DNA from: the human T2T-CHM13v2.0 reference genome, Homo sapiens
Assembly (NCBI RefSeq): GCF_009914755.1
Contig: NC_060935.1
Direction: 5' to 3' (one strand)
Length of the DNA: 64,000 nt
The position numbers and the translations under genes are program-made. Numbering within the stretch: the stretch's first letter is position 1; each line of letters starts with the position of its first letter. The notes under the pieces were generated by a model, which saw only the letters and a list, made by a program, of their open reading frames with translations, was not told the origin of the DNA and searched no databases. Shown here piece after piece: positions 27,254-40,778 of this stretch.

Positions 27254-28307
27254 TATGTTTCAAATGCTTTTAAGTTAATACTTTTGGGATCTACTCACCA
27301 GAACTGGTGTTTAAGGACCTCTTAATACAGTGGCCCTTGCTTTCAGCCTATGGAATTTTGCAAATAAGAATTATCTCTTACCTTTGGGTAAGGTTCTTAA
27401 ATGAGCCTGAACCTCAGTTTTCTATAACCCATGTAAATAATGACAGCGTTGCCTACCATCTACAATAATATGTTGTTTCTTCACCCATTTTCACCAGATT
27501 ATGACATCCAGAAATTTAACAATATGCCATACATACATTCCCCACACTCCTGGTTCTTGAGCTCCAAAGCATATGGGGTGTGGTTTTGAGTACACAGAAT
27601 GCCCCCAAATCACCACAGTCAGTTTGACCACTTCCCACACTGCTGGTCTTCTCATTCCTACCTCTGCCAGCTGGATCCTCAGTGTCCTGGTCTTGTCATA
27701 AAGAATTTCAAGGTTTGTGAGCCTTCCACTGGGCATAAACTAGTACTATGATTAATATCTTTTGGTGACAGAAGCCTGGGCAGTCAGAAAAAGATTGGCA
27801 ACATCTCTGGGTTCTGTTCCTCTGTTTGGTTCTTTTTGACTCTGAAGGTGGAGGGTGATTAGAGAAGATCTATTGACAGCAACAAATTCATAAAAATGAT
27901 GGAGAGATCCTGGCCTACAGAGCAGAACCAGGGCTTCAATGGTGTCTGAGGAATTGATGCCCCACCACTCATCAGATGTGACCTTTGTCAGTATTTCTCC
28001 CTAAACTTGTGTTTTCTAATATATAAAGTGGAATAATAATCCTACCCTGCAGAATTTTTGTGAGGATGAGATTGTTCAAATATGTAAATATCTAAACACA
28101 AAGTTAAATCTCTAAGAATGTTAGTTACATGAGCTAGGCAAATGAATTTATGTCAGGTACTAAGGAGCCCTCACTAATTCCTGATACTGGAGAGAGAGAA
28201 ATGGGTAGGAAATACTCAGTATTTAAGCATTAGTTTATTTTCTGGAATCACAGCTTCTGAAATAGAAACAGTAATAGGTGCTTCTATGGAGAGTCCCTTC
28301 CGTGTTT

Positions 28308-29248
28308 TCAAAGGCCCCTCTGCAGCAACTTCTAAAATTCCTTCTTTAACTCTTTAGTTTGAAATCCACATATGATAGGGTTTAATGCAGGAGGACTAAA
28401 GGGATGAAGGACATTAAACAGGATCAGGATGTCCATGGGGACCTTCTTTCTGGCCACATTTGTCAACACCACAACCAGCAGGTGCTGAAGAAGAGGATGA
28501 GGATAAAGTGGGAGCCACATGTGCTCAGGGCCTTCACTGCCACCCCCTCCACCTTGAATCTAAGCACAGCTCTTAGAATGAAGGTGTAGGAGAGGAAGAT
28601 GAGGATGAAATCCGAGCCCAGGAAGGTCCAACCAGCCACAAATTGGTAGAGTCTGTTAAGGGTGAAATTATCACAGGAGAGCCTGGACACAGACAGGTTG
28701 GCACAGATGCAGTTCTCAATCACATTTTTCCTACAGTAATGGAGCTGGGCAGAGAGAATAGGAACAGGTGAAAGCAGCAAAGCATTCTGCACCACAATGA
28801 AGACACTAGCTTTGGCCACAAATTGATGAGTGATGATGGACAGGTACTGCAGTGGGTGGCAGATGGCCACATAATGATCATAGTCCTTGACCATGAATGT
28901 GCAGGACTCCATGGGGAGGAAACTGTTCATGATGAACATCTGAAGGAAGCAGGCAGGGAAGCCGATCGACCTAAGATCAAACCAGAAGATGGCCAGGACC
29001 TTGGGGATGACGGTGAGGCAGAGCACGATGTCCAGCAGGGAGAGGAGGCTGGGCAGGTAGTACAGGGGCAGGTGCAGAGAGGCCTCCAGGTGGATGGTGA
29101 TGGGGGGGGTGGGTGTTGGTCCCCATGGCCAGGAGGAAAGGAGGCTGAGGGGCAGGGACAGCAAGTGCTGCCAACTCTGAAAGTTGGGGAAGCAGATGAG
29201 GAGGAATTCAGAGACTGGGACAGTGGAGTCATCGCTGGGTAATGTCAT
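28308..29248 (-). pseudogene. OR56A7P: OR56A-subfamily pseudogene
   Basis: Close paralog of OR56A1 starting MTLPSDDSTVPVSEF; -1/+1 indels in TM1, MAYDRY changed to KDYDHY, 4-nt deletion at 28480/28481, premature TAG at 28332, ancestral TGA at 28308. Symbol from recalled cluster order. Confidence 0.85.
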
Positions 29249-30046
29249 GAAATAAATTCTCAGTTGAGAAAATTTCACCTGGATTTTTGTATGATAAGAC
29301 ACATGAATTAGGTCAATGGAAAACAAAGTTGTCAAAATATTTGCTAACACTTTCTCATCCAGAAAATTGATGAGATACTGATAGGAGATATAGATGAGAA
29401 ATGGAAAAATGTATGATATACTCCCAATCCTATTATAAAGTAGAAGAAAATTAAGTTAAACACTGATTAAATATAAAAGAGAATCACTCAAACCTCTGTC
29501 ATTCTGACTTCCTGTACTGCTGACACAACTCATCCTGGACATACTTAATCCAAGCCTGCACAAGTGCAATTCATTGTTTCTATAGAAAGTTAGGCTCAAA
29601 GACAGGCTCTTCTCATTAAAATGTGTAACTGCCAACCTCAAATGAGTACTTAATATACATATTACATACTCATCACAATAATCTTCTCTGGTTAATTCAT
29701 TCCTCAACCCATTTCAAGCAACTTTTCAAATTTTCAAAGTTCTTTTGAAATACAAAATCTCCTCCTCTCTCAGATAACTCTCTAACCACTTCATAAAGAC
29801 AGCAGAAACATCAGATGCAAGTCCTCTACTTCCCAAGATAGATTCATAAACCCATCAACATCTACATCCTTGATCTCTTCATTACATCAGTAGAATCAAG
29901 GATCTATCCCTCCTCCAAATAGCTATCCTTGACCTCACATTTGGATGCTATCTACCTTGACCTTAGGAACCTTGACTTACGAATCATCCTGCCCATTCCC
30001 TATGTATTAAACTTCTCCTAAATCCTTCCCATAAATATTCAAAATG

Positions 30047-30226
30047 TCCAAGTCTTTCATATCCTAATTATTTTCTTTATCTGTCCCCCATCTCCATTTA
30101 GTATAAAAACCATGATTTTATTTTGGGGGGAAATATACTAAATCTCTTTCTTCTTCTTTCACACCCAAACTTAAGGGTCCAAAAGAGGCAAAGGACATCT
30201 AAAAGGGGACAAGTGACTGTTGGCTT
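30047..30226 (+). repeat. ~180-bp local direct repeat, copy 1
   Basis: Aligns by eye with 31683-31866; both end AAAGGACATCTAAAAGGGGACAAGTGACTGTTGGCTT. Confidence 0.92.
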
Positions 30227-31318
30227 CAGTAGTCCAACTGAGAAGTGATCAGTGAGTGAATAAATGGCTCTGAGATGGCTCTGAAGATGAGGGAAAGGGG
30301 CATATCTTAGAGGTATAAATATGACAGACAGCGATTAGACTACTTGTATAGAAGAAAAGAGGGTAGGATTCTAAAACTGCACTGTCCAATCTGACTTAAA
30401 TGACTAAGTAAATTTCACAAGACAAAAAAATAGGCTTTGAAAAGATTTGATGTATGTTGCAGAGGTAGAAATTATAGAACCAATTTTGATATGTTCAGCT
30501 TATTGGGTGTATAAACTATCACAATATATATGACATTTAATGTTGTAGAAAGTAGTTTGATTTCATGTGAAAGCTCAAAGATAGAGAATTGGAAATCATC
30601 AGCACATCATGTATAATTCAAACTATAGAACTGAATAAATTACTTAAGGGAAAAATGTAAATTTAAAATAAAACATGATAATGAAATTCTATGAAACACC
30701 TACCCTTAATCTTAGGACCAGAAGAGGTAAAGAGATTGCAAGGAAACTGAAAAGGAATGAACAGAGACATAATTGAAAATCCAATGGAGTGGACAGACAT
30801 GCTCACATAAAGAATTTCAGCAATGTGAGAAAGAGATTATCCATTGCATTTGGCAATTAGGTAATCATTGGTGATCCTAGCAAACAGTTTCATGTGAAGA
30901 GAGAAACAGATGCGGGAGGACAATGAGACAGCAGGCCTGGAGTGAACAAACACAGGGAGGACTGATCACCTTGTCAGAGATTCTTTACTTCAGCAAACAG
31001 CTTCACACGAAGGGAAAACTGAATGCACAGGTAGAAGTGCCTATGTTAAAAAGAGGATTGTGTTGATTTTTTTTAAATAAAAGAAATTTGAATATGTTTA
31101 AGGGGCTAAAGACTGTAGAAAGAAAAATATAAATGATAAAAAGAAAGATAATTAAAGGACCAGCCCTTGGGGAAACAACTACTGTTACTACTTCATACAG
31201 TATAAAACACGTCACTGGCCTTTCTCCTCATCTCTTTCCCCAATCCACTATAAAATCACTAAAGTACATGTGATATATTTTCCATCTTTTTATCCCATGC
31301 TGTGTTTACAGTACCTAG

Positions 31319-31624
<306 letters not shown>

Positions 31625-31682
31625 AATAAATTCTTAATAAATGCTAGTGAGATAAATATTTCAAGTTTACAGTTTTGAGTTT

Positions 31683-31866
31683 TCCAAGTCTGTCATATCT
31701 TAATTATTTTCTTTATCTATCCCACATCCCCACTTAGTATAAAGACCATGATTTTATTTTTGGGGGGAAGTATACTAAATATATCTCTTCTTCCTCTTTC
31801 ACACCCAAACTTAAGGGACCAAAAGCAGCAAAGGACATCTAAAAGGGGACAAGTGACTGTTGGCTT
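31683..31866 (+). repeat. ~180-bp local direct repeat, copy 2
   Basis: See copy 1. Confidence 0.92.
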
Positions 31867-33426
31867 GATTCAAAAAAGATTCAAATAATTCAAAAAGGAA
31901 AAAATTAATGCGAAAACATTAACCAAAGTAACCAAGGGAACTGATGGAGGAATTGAGGCAAACCACAAGAAAGAACTCAAAATATAAATAAGAGCTGAGC
32001 AAGCTGTGAGCCAGAGGTGGGGACAGCAATGGCACAAATTTCCTGTGGAAGCTTGAGGATCTTAAACAAGTCATTCCATTTAAGGGCCCTGTGGCCCCAA
32101 AAGCCCAAATCTTTGGGGTGGAAGGGATATCCTTGATTCAGTCCTCTGACCTACTGGCGATTTTTTCTTTATACACACAGCACCACCAAACTACCTTCTT
32201 TATGAAAAAGAATACCTTAGAGATCTTGCAATCCTTCACTGCAGACAATATCCCCTCACCCTACAATATCCTTATTTCTCACCCTCTGCTCATTCTTTTT
32301 TCTTTAGTCCACTATCTCTGAAAGATTCTTTCCTTGACATGTTTTTTTTCCAGTTTTTTATGTGTAGTCCCCATCTATGATTGTGCTTTACAATTCTCAG
32401 ACTCTGATCCATCCTCTTCAAGTCCTCATTCCTTCCTCACATAGTGGGAAATTATTCCAGTTAAGCTCATCCTCTGCTACATAGATTTTATTAAGAAGAT
32501 CACGCATAATATAAAGGATAAGAGAAGGGATACAAAAAGAAATAGGAGCAGAGAAAAAGTGGTCAGATACCTGGATGTATTGTCAGGTGGCAGTATAGAC
32601 AAGAATACGAGTCAAATTTTGATGTTGTGTTAATGAGAAATATTAGAAAGGAATACTGTACTAACAGAAGTAACAGTGATCAGAGGAAAATAACTTCTAT
32701 TTCATGTTGCCCTTGTTCAACCATGCTTAGAATATTGTGTCCAATTCAATGCACCCTGATTTAAGGACCAATTTAAAACTGTACCACCTAGAAAAAGTGC
32801 CCAGGATAAAGAAGACATTAAAAACTCATTATGAGAAACATTTCACTAAAGTGTAGATGTTTTAACTAAGCGACACCTTCCCAATATATGACTGACCTTT
32901 AAGGGGAAGAGGAGAAAACTAGGGCAATTAGGAGAAAATCACAGGGAAGTCTGTTCCTGCTGGCTATAAATCATGTCTAATAATCAGAGGAAGCTTTCTC
33001 TCCCATTAACACTGGAACATGTTGGGAGAAGGCAATGAGTACATTTCCTCACCAGCTCTTGTGCTGAGCCTCAAGGACCTGGGTGCCCTGTGTCATGTTA
33101 AACTCAAAATGCTATCCTAGAACCATTCTTTCCCTCTCAAATCCCTAGAATGCTTTTCTGGGCACACTTGCATAAAGTTCTCAGCCACAGAACACATGGG
33201 ATCCCTTGTACGCAATACTAATGGGATTGCTGAGAGTATAAAAGGGCCTTCCAGGAGGAATACAGGATTTTAAATATTAGTGCATCCAGCACCACAGTTC
33301 CTAGACTTTTTTCTTTTTTCATGGGAGCCAGTATAAGCGTGAGGAGAAAATTTTCTCTTCTGAGTCCTCTGGTGACCCAGTATCTACTGGCCCAATGCAG
33401 TGATGCTCCCCTCCCTTAGCCCTGGA

Positions 33427-33432
33427 ACTCAC
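33427..33432 (-). other. Candidate splice donor of a 5' non-coding exon of the OR56A pseudogene
   Basis: Minus strand CATCCTCT|GTGAGT in a block paralogous to 16720-16800. Confidence 0.5.
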
Positions 33433-33833
33433 AGAGGATGCAACAGATTGGGTCCTGCTTGAGGAGTCAGCGGACTGCATCCAGTAACCAGAGCTGAGAC
33501 TGCTTCAGAATCTAAAGGATTTTATGATGGACAGTCAGTTCGTCACACTGTCCCACCCTCTTCAACAAGCTAGCTGAAAGCAGTAGTTTGGGAGACTGGG
33601 ACTCAGCAGCTGATGAGCTGGCTCCCTTGCAGGGGCCCTCCTCTTAGCTTATATTAAGGGGCTACTGAGTGCCTGTGGTTGAGATGCAGGGAACAGGACT
33701 TTAGCTTGTTGAAATTCCAATCTGTATCTATCTGCTTGACTACACAGACCATTCTCTTAAACATTTCCGTATTCTACTTTCAACATCTTGAAATATTATA
33801 TTGATAGATTTCCTTATATTAAATCTTTTCAGA

Positions 33834-34138
<305 letters not shown>

Positions 34139-34829
34139 AGAATTTTTAATATACCTATACAATTCCCTTCTTCTTACAGAATCCTGAACTCAACTCTGCT
34201 ATTTGATCTCTGCATGAATTTTGGTAGCTAACTTACTATACATAAATCTCAGTCATTCAATAAATACCTATTCATTATTGTCAACTATATGTCCAGAACA
34301 AGATTAGTCACAGGAATAAAAGGTGACTAAAGTAGTTACAGTCCCTGCCCTCATCAAAATTTTATTACAGTAATTGCATTACATTATGGTATCAGTAGTT
34401 TCTCATTGTTCATAAAACAAAACCAACTTTCCTACTAGGGACTACTCAAAACTACACATGAACTAGACTGTAAGCTTCATCAGGATTAGATCCATGTCAA
34501 TTTTGTTCCCCATTAACATGGTGTCTAGTACAATGTTTACAATGCAGTAGAATCAAGACACTTCTACCTAATTAATTATTCAAGATCATACATCTGTCTC
34601 CCTCTTACCTCTCCAGTGTATTCAGAACCACTTTTTCAGTGAATGATTATTTCTACCATAGTCATTGCTTAATGCCTTTTCAGGGTTTGTGATTATGAAG
34701 TTAAACTGAAGCCAATCGCTGCATTATGTGATTTTTTTCTTAACTTTAATTCCTAGGTCCAACCTTAGAAAAGGCAAACAGTTGGGTTTAACCCAGTGTG
34801 CTGTTTATTTATTACTTGACTACAAATCC

Positions 34830-35290
34830 ATTTTCTTCTCTTATCTGCTCCGTGCTTGAGGAGGCTGATCTCTGTGGCCTGCTTCAGCTGGGCTTTCTAA
34901 CATGACTCCCTGGCTTCCAGTTCAAACAATAGGGGCCACCTGAAAGGGATCGAGATATGGAAAGAGAAAGAGGGACCCCTTTGTTTTTATGCAGTTCTGT
35001 CAGTGGCTGTGTTTCTCTATAGCCAGAAATTTTACTGGGAAGCATCTCTTACACAGCTCCAGGGCTCCCTAGGCTTAAGGAATGTTGCTGCCTGTCCTTG
35101 CCCTTTAGGTCTGGAGGTGCTTCCTGTTCTTGCTAGCTCCTAGATGTTTCTTGTTGGTTTCCTCGACCCTCCCATCACCTCTACAAATTATCCCTTTATT
35201 AAGCTCCTTTTCGTGAAATCCTTTTCTTGTATTCCCTCTTTCCTGCTTAGATCATAAATGATACAGTAATTGGTAACAGAAGGGGACTCA
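34830..35290 (+). mobile_element. Old ERVL-type LTR (LTR33/LTR16-like)
   Basis: ATCCCTTTATTAAGCTC..GATACA followed by GTAATTGGTAACAG; approximate. Confidence 0.45.
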
Positions 35291-35469
35291 ATACCAAACC
35301 CTCCAAATGGGATGCTAGGACTGAGTTATTTACATATTTGGTGATATGTGGAAAACTACTTGCCAGAGCAAACTGAAACATTAAAATGCAGCATGGAGTG
35401 GCATCTTGATAATGCAAATTATCAACAGTGCGCATAGGAGGCAGGCTAGTGGAGGGCAAGGACCTATGG

Positions 35470-35700
35470 TGAGAAAGACTGTAGGCTGTCTGGATTAAAA
35501 TTCCAGCACCATCACTTCCTAGCTGCGTTACTTTGGACAGATCACTTTCCCTCTCTGGGTCTCAGTTTCCGTATTTAACATGAAGATAATAATAGTGACC
35601 TGTCTTGTAGATTGCTTGTGAAGATTAAGAGTCTATATATATATAAATAGCACTTACAACAGCGCTGGTCTCATAGGAAGCACTATATGAGCTAACTATT
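35470..35700 (+). mobile_element. MIR SINE
   Basis: MIR core CACTTCCTAGCTGCGTTACTTTGGACAGATCACTT..TCTCAGTTTCC..ATAATAATAGT. Confidence 0.8.
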
Positions 35701-36109
35701 ATCAGTTGCACGATTTTATATGTAACTCATGTTAATTCCTTTGTGTCTTCATCTTTTCTTTTGGGTAGAGACTCCTCACACATGCTTCAGACTTTTCTCC
35801 AGTTTGGAACTAACTAAAAAATATAAAGTTCTACCTCTGATGCTTATGTCTTCCTCTAATATGTGGGGTTTTTTCTCATTATGCTGTCATCAGCATAGAG
35901 AGAGCTCAGAATGGGTTTTTCAGATAACATTTGCTGGAAATAAGATTCAAAGCCTGGAGCCTGAGGAAGCTAGGAGTCCATATCAGAGGGCCCTTTAAGG
36001 CCAGGACCTGAGAAAGAAGACATTCTTAGTGGGTAAAAATAGAGGAATTACAGAAAATGAATATGATAGGGATACCTGTTGTCTTGGATTTGGCACTAGA
36101 TTAGAGAAT

Positions 36110-36226
36110 GAGAGAGAGGCAGGGAAGGAAGGAGGGAGAGGAAACAAGGTAAAGGGAAGGAAATGATAAGGGAAGGGGAGAGGAGAGAAGAGGAGAAAAG
36201 GAAAGAGGGGAGGAGGGGAGGAGAGA
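36110..36226. repeat. GA-rich low-complexity tract
   Basis: Nearly pure purine run. Confidence 0.9.
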
Positions 36227-36329
36227 CTACCCCTTGAGAATTCCTAATCACAAGTCTGCACTTATGGTGTTTGATGGCTGGAATTCACATAACATGTGTG
36301 TCCTCATAGCTCATAAGTAAAGTACTGTT

Positions 36330-36960
36330 TTTACTGGTTTAAAGTTCCTTGTAACATTTCTTTTACTGTCATTTTAATGTCTAGTAAGATCTGTAGTAGT
36401 AACTCCTTTTTAAATCATCATTTTGATTCTTGGTGTTTCTTTCTTTTTTCTTGATAGGTCTTACTAGGGCTTTATCAACTTTATTAATCTTTCCCAAAAA
36501 CCAAATTAAAGATTTGTTGATTTTATCTATTGTTTCTGTTTTCTGTTTTATTTATTCTGCTCTTCTCTTTATTAATTCCCTACTCTTGTTTACCTTGGGT
36601 TTAATTTATTGTTTCTTTTCTAAATTATTAAGTTGTCAACTTAGGTAATTAATTTTAAATCTTTATTCTTTTCTAACATAAGCATTTAAATTTATAAATG
36701 TCCTTCTATTTTCTCTCTAGCTGCATCCTGCAACTTTTGCTATATGTCATTATCAATCAGTTTGAAATATTTTCTAACTTTCCCTCTGATTTATTATTTG
36801 ATCCATGGATTATTTATGTATATTTTGTTTAGTTTCCAAATGTTTAGGGCTTTTCATGCCATCCTGTTGTTATTGTTGTTCAATTTAATTCTGCATTGGT
36901 AAGACAATATATTCTGTAACATTTCACTCCTTTGGAATTTATTGAGATATGATTTATGAG
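36330..36960 (-). mobile_element. Old L1 (L1M) ORF2 fragment, antisense
   Basis: T-rich; TTTATCAACTTTATTAATCTTTCC..TTGATCCATGGATTATTT. Confidence 0.7.
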
Positions 36961-38469
36961 CAAACACACACAAAAATGCCCCACCCCCTCCTTGTGGCTT
37001 TCCAAGTCCCCATGTAACATTATCAACAGGCTCTAAGTTCCCTCACCCAAAGGATGAGAAAGAGCCCACATTCTGCCAGTTAGGGAAGAATCTCATTTCC
37101 TCCACTTTACACTTCCACGGAGGGAGGCTTTTCTTCTCACCACAAGGGGAAACATGGGAGTGAATACTTCTCTTTCCTCTCCTCTTCTCCCTTCCTTTGC
37201 TTGCTTTTCCATATGGAAAGAAGGATCACTAATACAATTGAAGAGATTGTTGGAAGCAATGGCTGCAATGGTATGAAACATGCTGTACCTGTTTCACTGC
37301 CTGCCTCATGGATATGTAAGGATGGCAGTGGACTCCTTTGCTTTATACTCGAATACCATAACCTCACCTGCAGAAAAGCCCATGATTTTCCTTCTAGGGA
37401 GAGAAACCTAGAAGATAGCCGTGATCTGTATTGCATTTTATGTTCTGCTAGGGGTTCTGTTTATGGGGTCCTATAGTCCTCCGTGCAGATGGCTGGCAAA
37501 TTATACTTGGAGCCTAATTTTCCAGGTCAAATCTCCTCATGGATAGGGGAAGGGAGTAGGAAGAAATCTCAAGATCTAGAATTAAGGGAAGGGAATTGAG
37601 GGTCTCTTGTTTGTCCCCTGGTCCCACTTGTATTTTCCAACCATGAATAACCAGACAATCCTGGATATGGAAGTTACTGGGTTCTAATTGTTATGATTTT
37701 GACCCCTATTTAATTCCTTGTGGACATTCGCTACTGCTAAGAGTGTGAATGGGCTAGCGAGAAATCTGCACTTTTAATCTCTGACAGCACTACTGAGCTT
37801 CTTCCTCTCAAAAACGTACCCTGTCTCCTCCAGGTGGAGAAGGATCTAATTCTAGAATGGGAGATCTGTTCCCCTAGTCCTACATAGAAAATGACACTAA
37901 AAATTATTAAAAGGAAAAACTGAGCACTCACTGCAGAGGTATCAATTTTGTGTATTCATTGACTATAATATTTCTTATCACAAATAATTATTGAGGGTGT
38001 ATATTGTGTTGAAAAATGACAGGCACTTGGTAATGAGAAGTACATGGAAGACAAAAGAATCCTGCCTCCCTGAAGCCTACAATCTAGCATGAAAGATATA
38101 CACAGCACAAGTAATATCACAAATTTTGCTAGAATTGTAATCATTCCAATTCAAGACATTGGATTGCAAACACTGTTTACTTCCTCTCTCTCTCCCAGTG
38201 TACCCATTAAATTGCTAAAGAAATATAAAAATGAAAATAATGCAATAACAATATAGAATATGAGCAAATATACTTGGATTGCATCATATACTTTGAGAAA
38301 TTTTTGGAATTCATAAATCAGACTAAATTGGATTCATAGAAAAACTGGGACCCAAAAACCTGCAAACCAATGTGTAGTTATGTATATGTGGAGGGTGGGA
38401 ACTATAGGGGAAGAGGAATTGGAAAAGTTAAAGCTTGATGCAGGGCTGGGAAATGTTCTCATTAAGAGA

Positions 38470-38560
38470 TTCAGGGTGCAAACCTCATCATTACACAATA
38501 TATCCCTGTACCAAACCTGCATATGTAACCCCTGAATCTATTTTTAAAATCTAAAAATTT
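38470..38560 (+). mobile_element. Short L1 3'-terminal fragment
   Basis: CAATATATCCCTGTACCAAACCTGCATATGTAACCCCTGAATCTA. Confidence 0.7.
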
Positions 38561-39818
38561 TAAGAGATCCCAAGGGATACTCCAAGTTTAAAATCAATAA
38601 AATGATAACAGTAATTGAAAGCAATTAATTAGTGCATTGATTAATTTATTGTTATTCTACTTCCAGCAATTGGATCAGTTTAGTATGAAACCTGGCTCCC
38701 TATAAAATGCAAGAGGCAACTTTGTATCTTCAAACCCTATAATTGCAGTGGGGCAGATGTAATCAGAGGCAATTACAAGGTAACTTTGGTTCTCCAAGTT
38801 ACAAATAGAGAAAAGGTATGGAGAGGCAGCTCCACAGGTCAGCAAACTATACCAGATTATCTCTGATTGCAGATATAAAAGCTTCTCTACTTCAGCAAAA
38901 GATGAGGGAATGCAGCTCATCTTTCATTTTCCTCTTGACAGCCTGAGGAGAATTCTGTCTGTTAGCAAATCCGTGTACAATGACCTACAAAGTCCTACAA
39001 TTGGGGCACAAGAGCAGTGACCTTTACAGGCTCTGAGAAAACTCACAGCGAGGACCCAACCATTTAATTCTCATCTACAAACAAATAAGAGTAAAAATCT
39101 ACAAATAATTGAGAAAAAACTAGTATCGTGAAGAAAGGACCAGGCTGAACAAGCGGAGAAACTCATCCCTTAAAGAAAAGAGTAAATGCAAGAAAAAAGT
39201 CATTTATAATATGCATAATAAATATTTTAGAAATGTCCTAATTTATGCATTTTGATGTGGCAGAAAAGTAAAGGAATCTAAGTCATCCTAAAAGACACGA
39301 AAAGGTTCATCTAAAGGGTTAACACTAGCATTTAGCTGAATGGCTGTACCATGTAAATGTGCTGCCAGCACAAACTTAGAGGTTTGGAAGACACTCTAAA
39401 CCTAAAACCAAGCTGAGGGTGGGACTTCCCATTGCCATTCCAGAGAATGTTGCATAGTCTATCACTGGGCAATGGCAGGAAAGATGACACATCCAGAGCT
39501 GTCATCCATTTCTACTGTCCTCAAGTCTCTCTGACACAGGAGTAGGAAAATGTTGGAATCAGGAGCAAAAGAAAGAATGGAAAAACTATTCACAAATTCA
39601 GGTATCCAGATACATCCCAATAAGCTGTGAAGCCAGGTGCCTCTGGATATTCTTTGCTGTGATATAAGTGACACTAGAAGGACTGCTCGCTGTGAAAATT
39701 ACCCCATCCATATAATCTGCCCCAGCCATGAGTTCCTGGCTATGTCCTGGCAGGTGCCTCTGAAGGAAACAGTGAGAATATATTCAGGTCAATCCTTTAG
39801 TGTAAACACCCTGAGCAC

Positions 39819-40778
39819 TCACTGGTGGATCTTCTGGGTCTTCACCCCATAGACAAGAGGATTGAGTGCAGGTGGCACAAGGCGATACAGTATGGCCAGA
39901 AGAACATGGACGTGATGGGGTACATGATGACCAAAGCGGTGAGTGAGGAAGGAGAACATTCCCGGGATATAGAAGACCAGGATGACACAAACATGAGAGC
40001 CACATGTGCTAAACGCCTTAAGTCGGGCCTCATTTCCTGGTACCTTCAGCACTGCCTGGAGAATGTGGGCATAGGAAACACCAATGGCCAGGACATCCAG
40101 CCCAACCACAAGCAAGGCCACAGTCAGCCCATAAGCTCGATTGACTGTGGTTTCTGAGCAGGCAAGTTTCACAACAGCCATATGTTCACAATAGGCATGG
40201 CCTATGATGGTGGCTTGGCAGAAGATAAGTTTTCGCAACAGAATGAGGAAGGGGATGAGGAGTAGTAATCCCCGCACCAGCACCACCATTCCGATGTGCC
40301 CTATGACCCCTGGATGCAGGATCGTGGAATGGTGCAAGGGGTGACAAATGGCTACATAGCGATCCAGAGCCATGGCCACAAGTACCCCTGACTCCATGGA
40401 GGAGAATGCATGGGTGAAGAACATCTGGATCAGGCAGACAGTGTAACCAATCTCTTGGGCACGAACCAGGAGCACTGCAAGGGCTTTGGGTGCAGTGGAG
40501 GAGGCCACAACCAGGTCGATGGCAGCTAGCATGGACAGGAAGAGGTACATAGGTTGGTGCAAGGATGGGTCCATCCAGATGATGAAGAGAATGGTAACAT
40601 TGCCCACTAGAGCAAGGAGGTAAAGGATGCCCAGGGGCAGTGCGATCCAGTGCTGGCTTTCCTCTAAACCCGGAATTCCTACCAGGAAAAAAGAAGGCTG
40701 GGGTAGCCTCCAGCTGGAATTGCTAAGCGCCATTATCAATGACTTGAGGAGGAAAGAGAAAAAAGAATCCAAATTCAT
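39819..40778 (-). pseudogene. OR52L2P: OR52L-subfamily receptor, ORF open through TM7 but with a premature stop in helix 8
   Basis: LHQPMYLFL, MALDRYVAICHPLHH, HAYCEHMAVVKLAC, KAFSTCGSH, PPALNPLVYGVKTQKIHQ*; the frame continues VLRVFTLKD to a second TGA at 39789-39791. Confidence 0.85.
40743..40767 (-). other. Candidate polypyrimidine tract and splice acceptor of the OR52L coding exon
   Basis: Minus strand TTCTTTTTTCTCTTTCCTCCTCAAG|TCATTGATAATG, 9 nt before the ATG at 40733. Confidence 0.5.

Noticed and set aside
28463-29350. 295-aa ORF as a functional OR
   Set aside because: TM1 is scrambled, the DRY Arg and the N-glycosylation site are lost, and a frameshift removes TM7.
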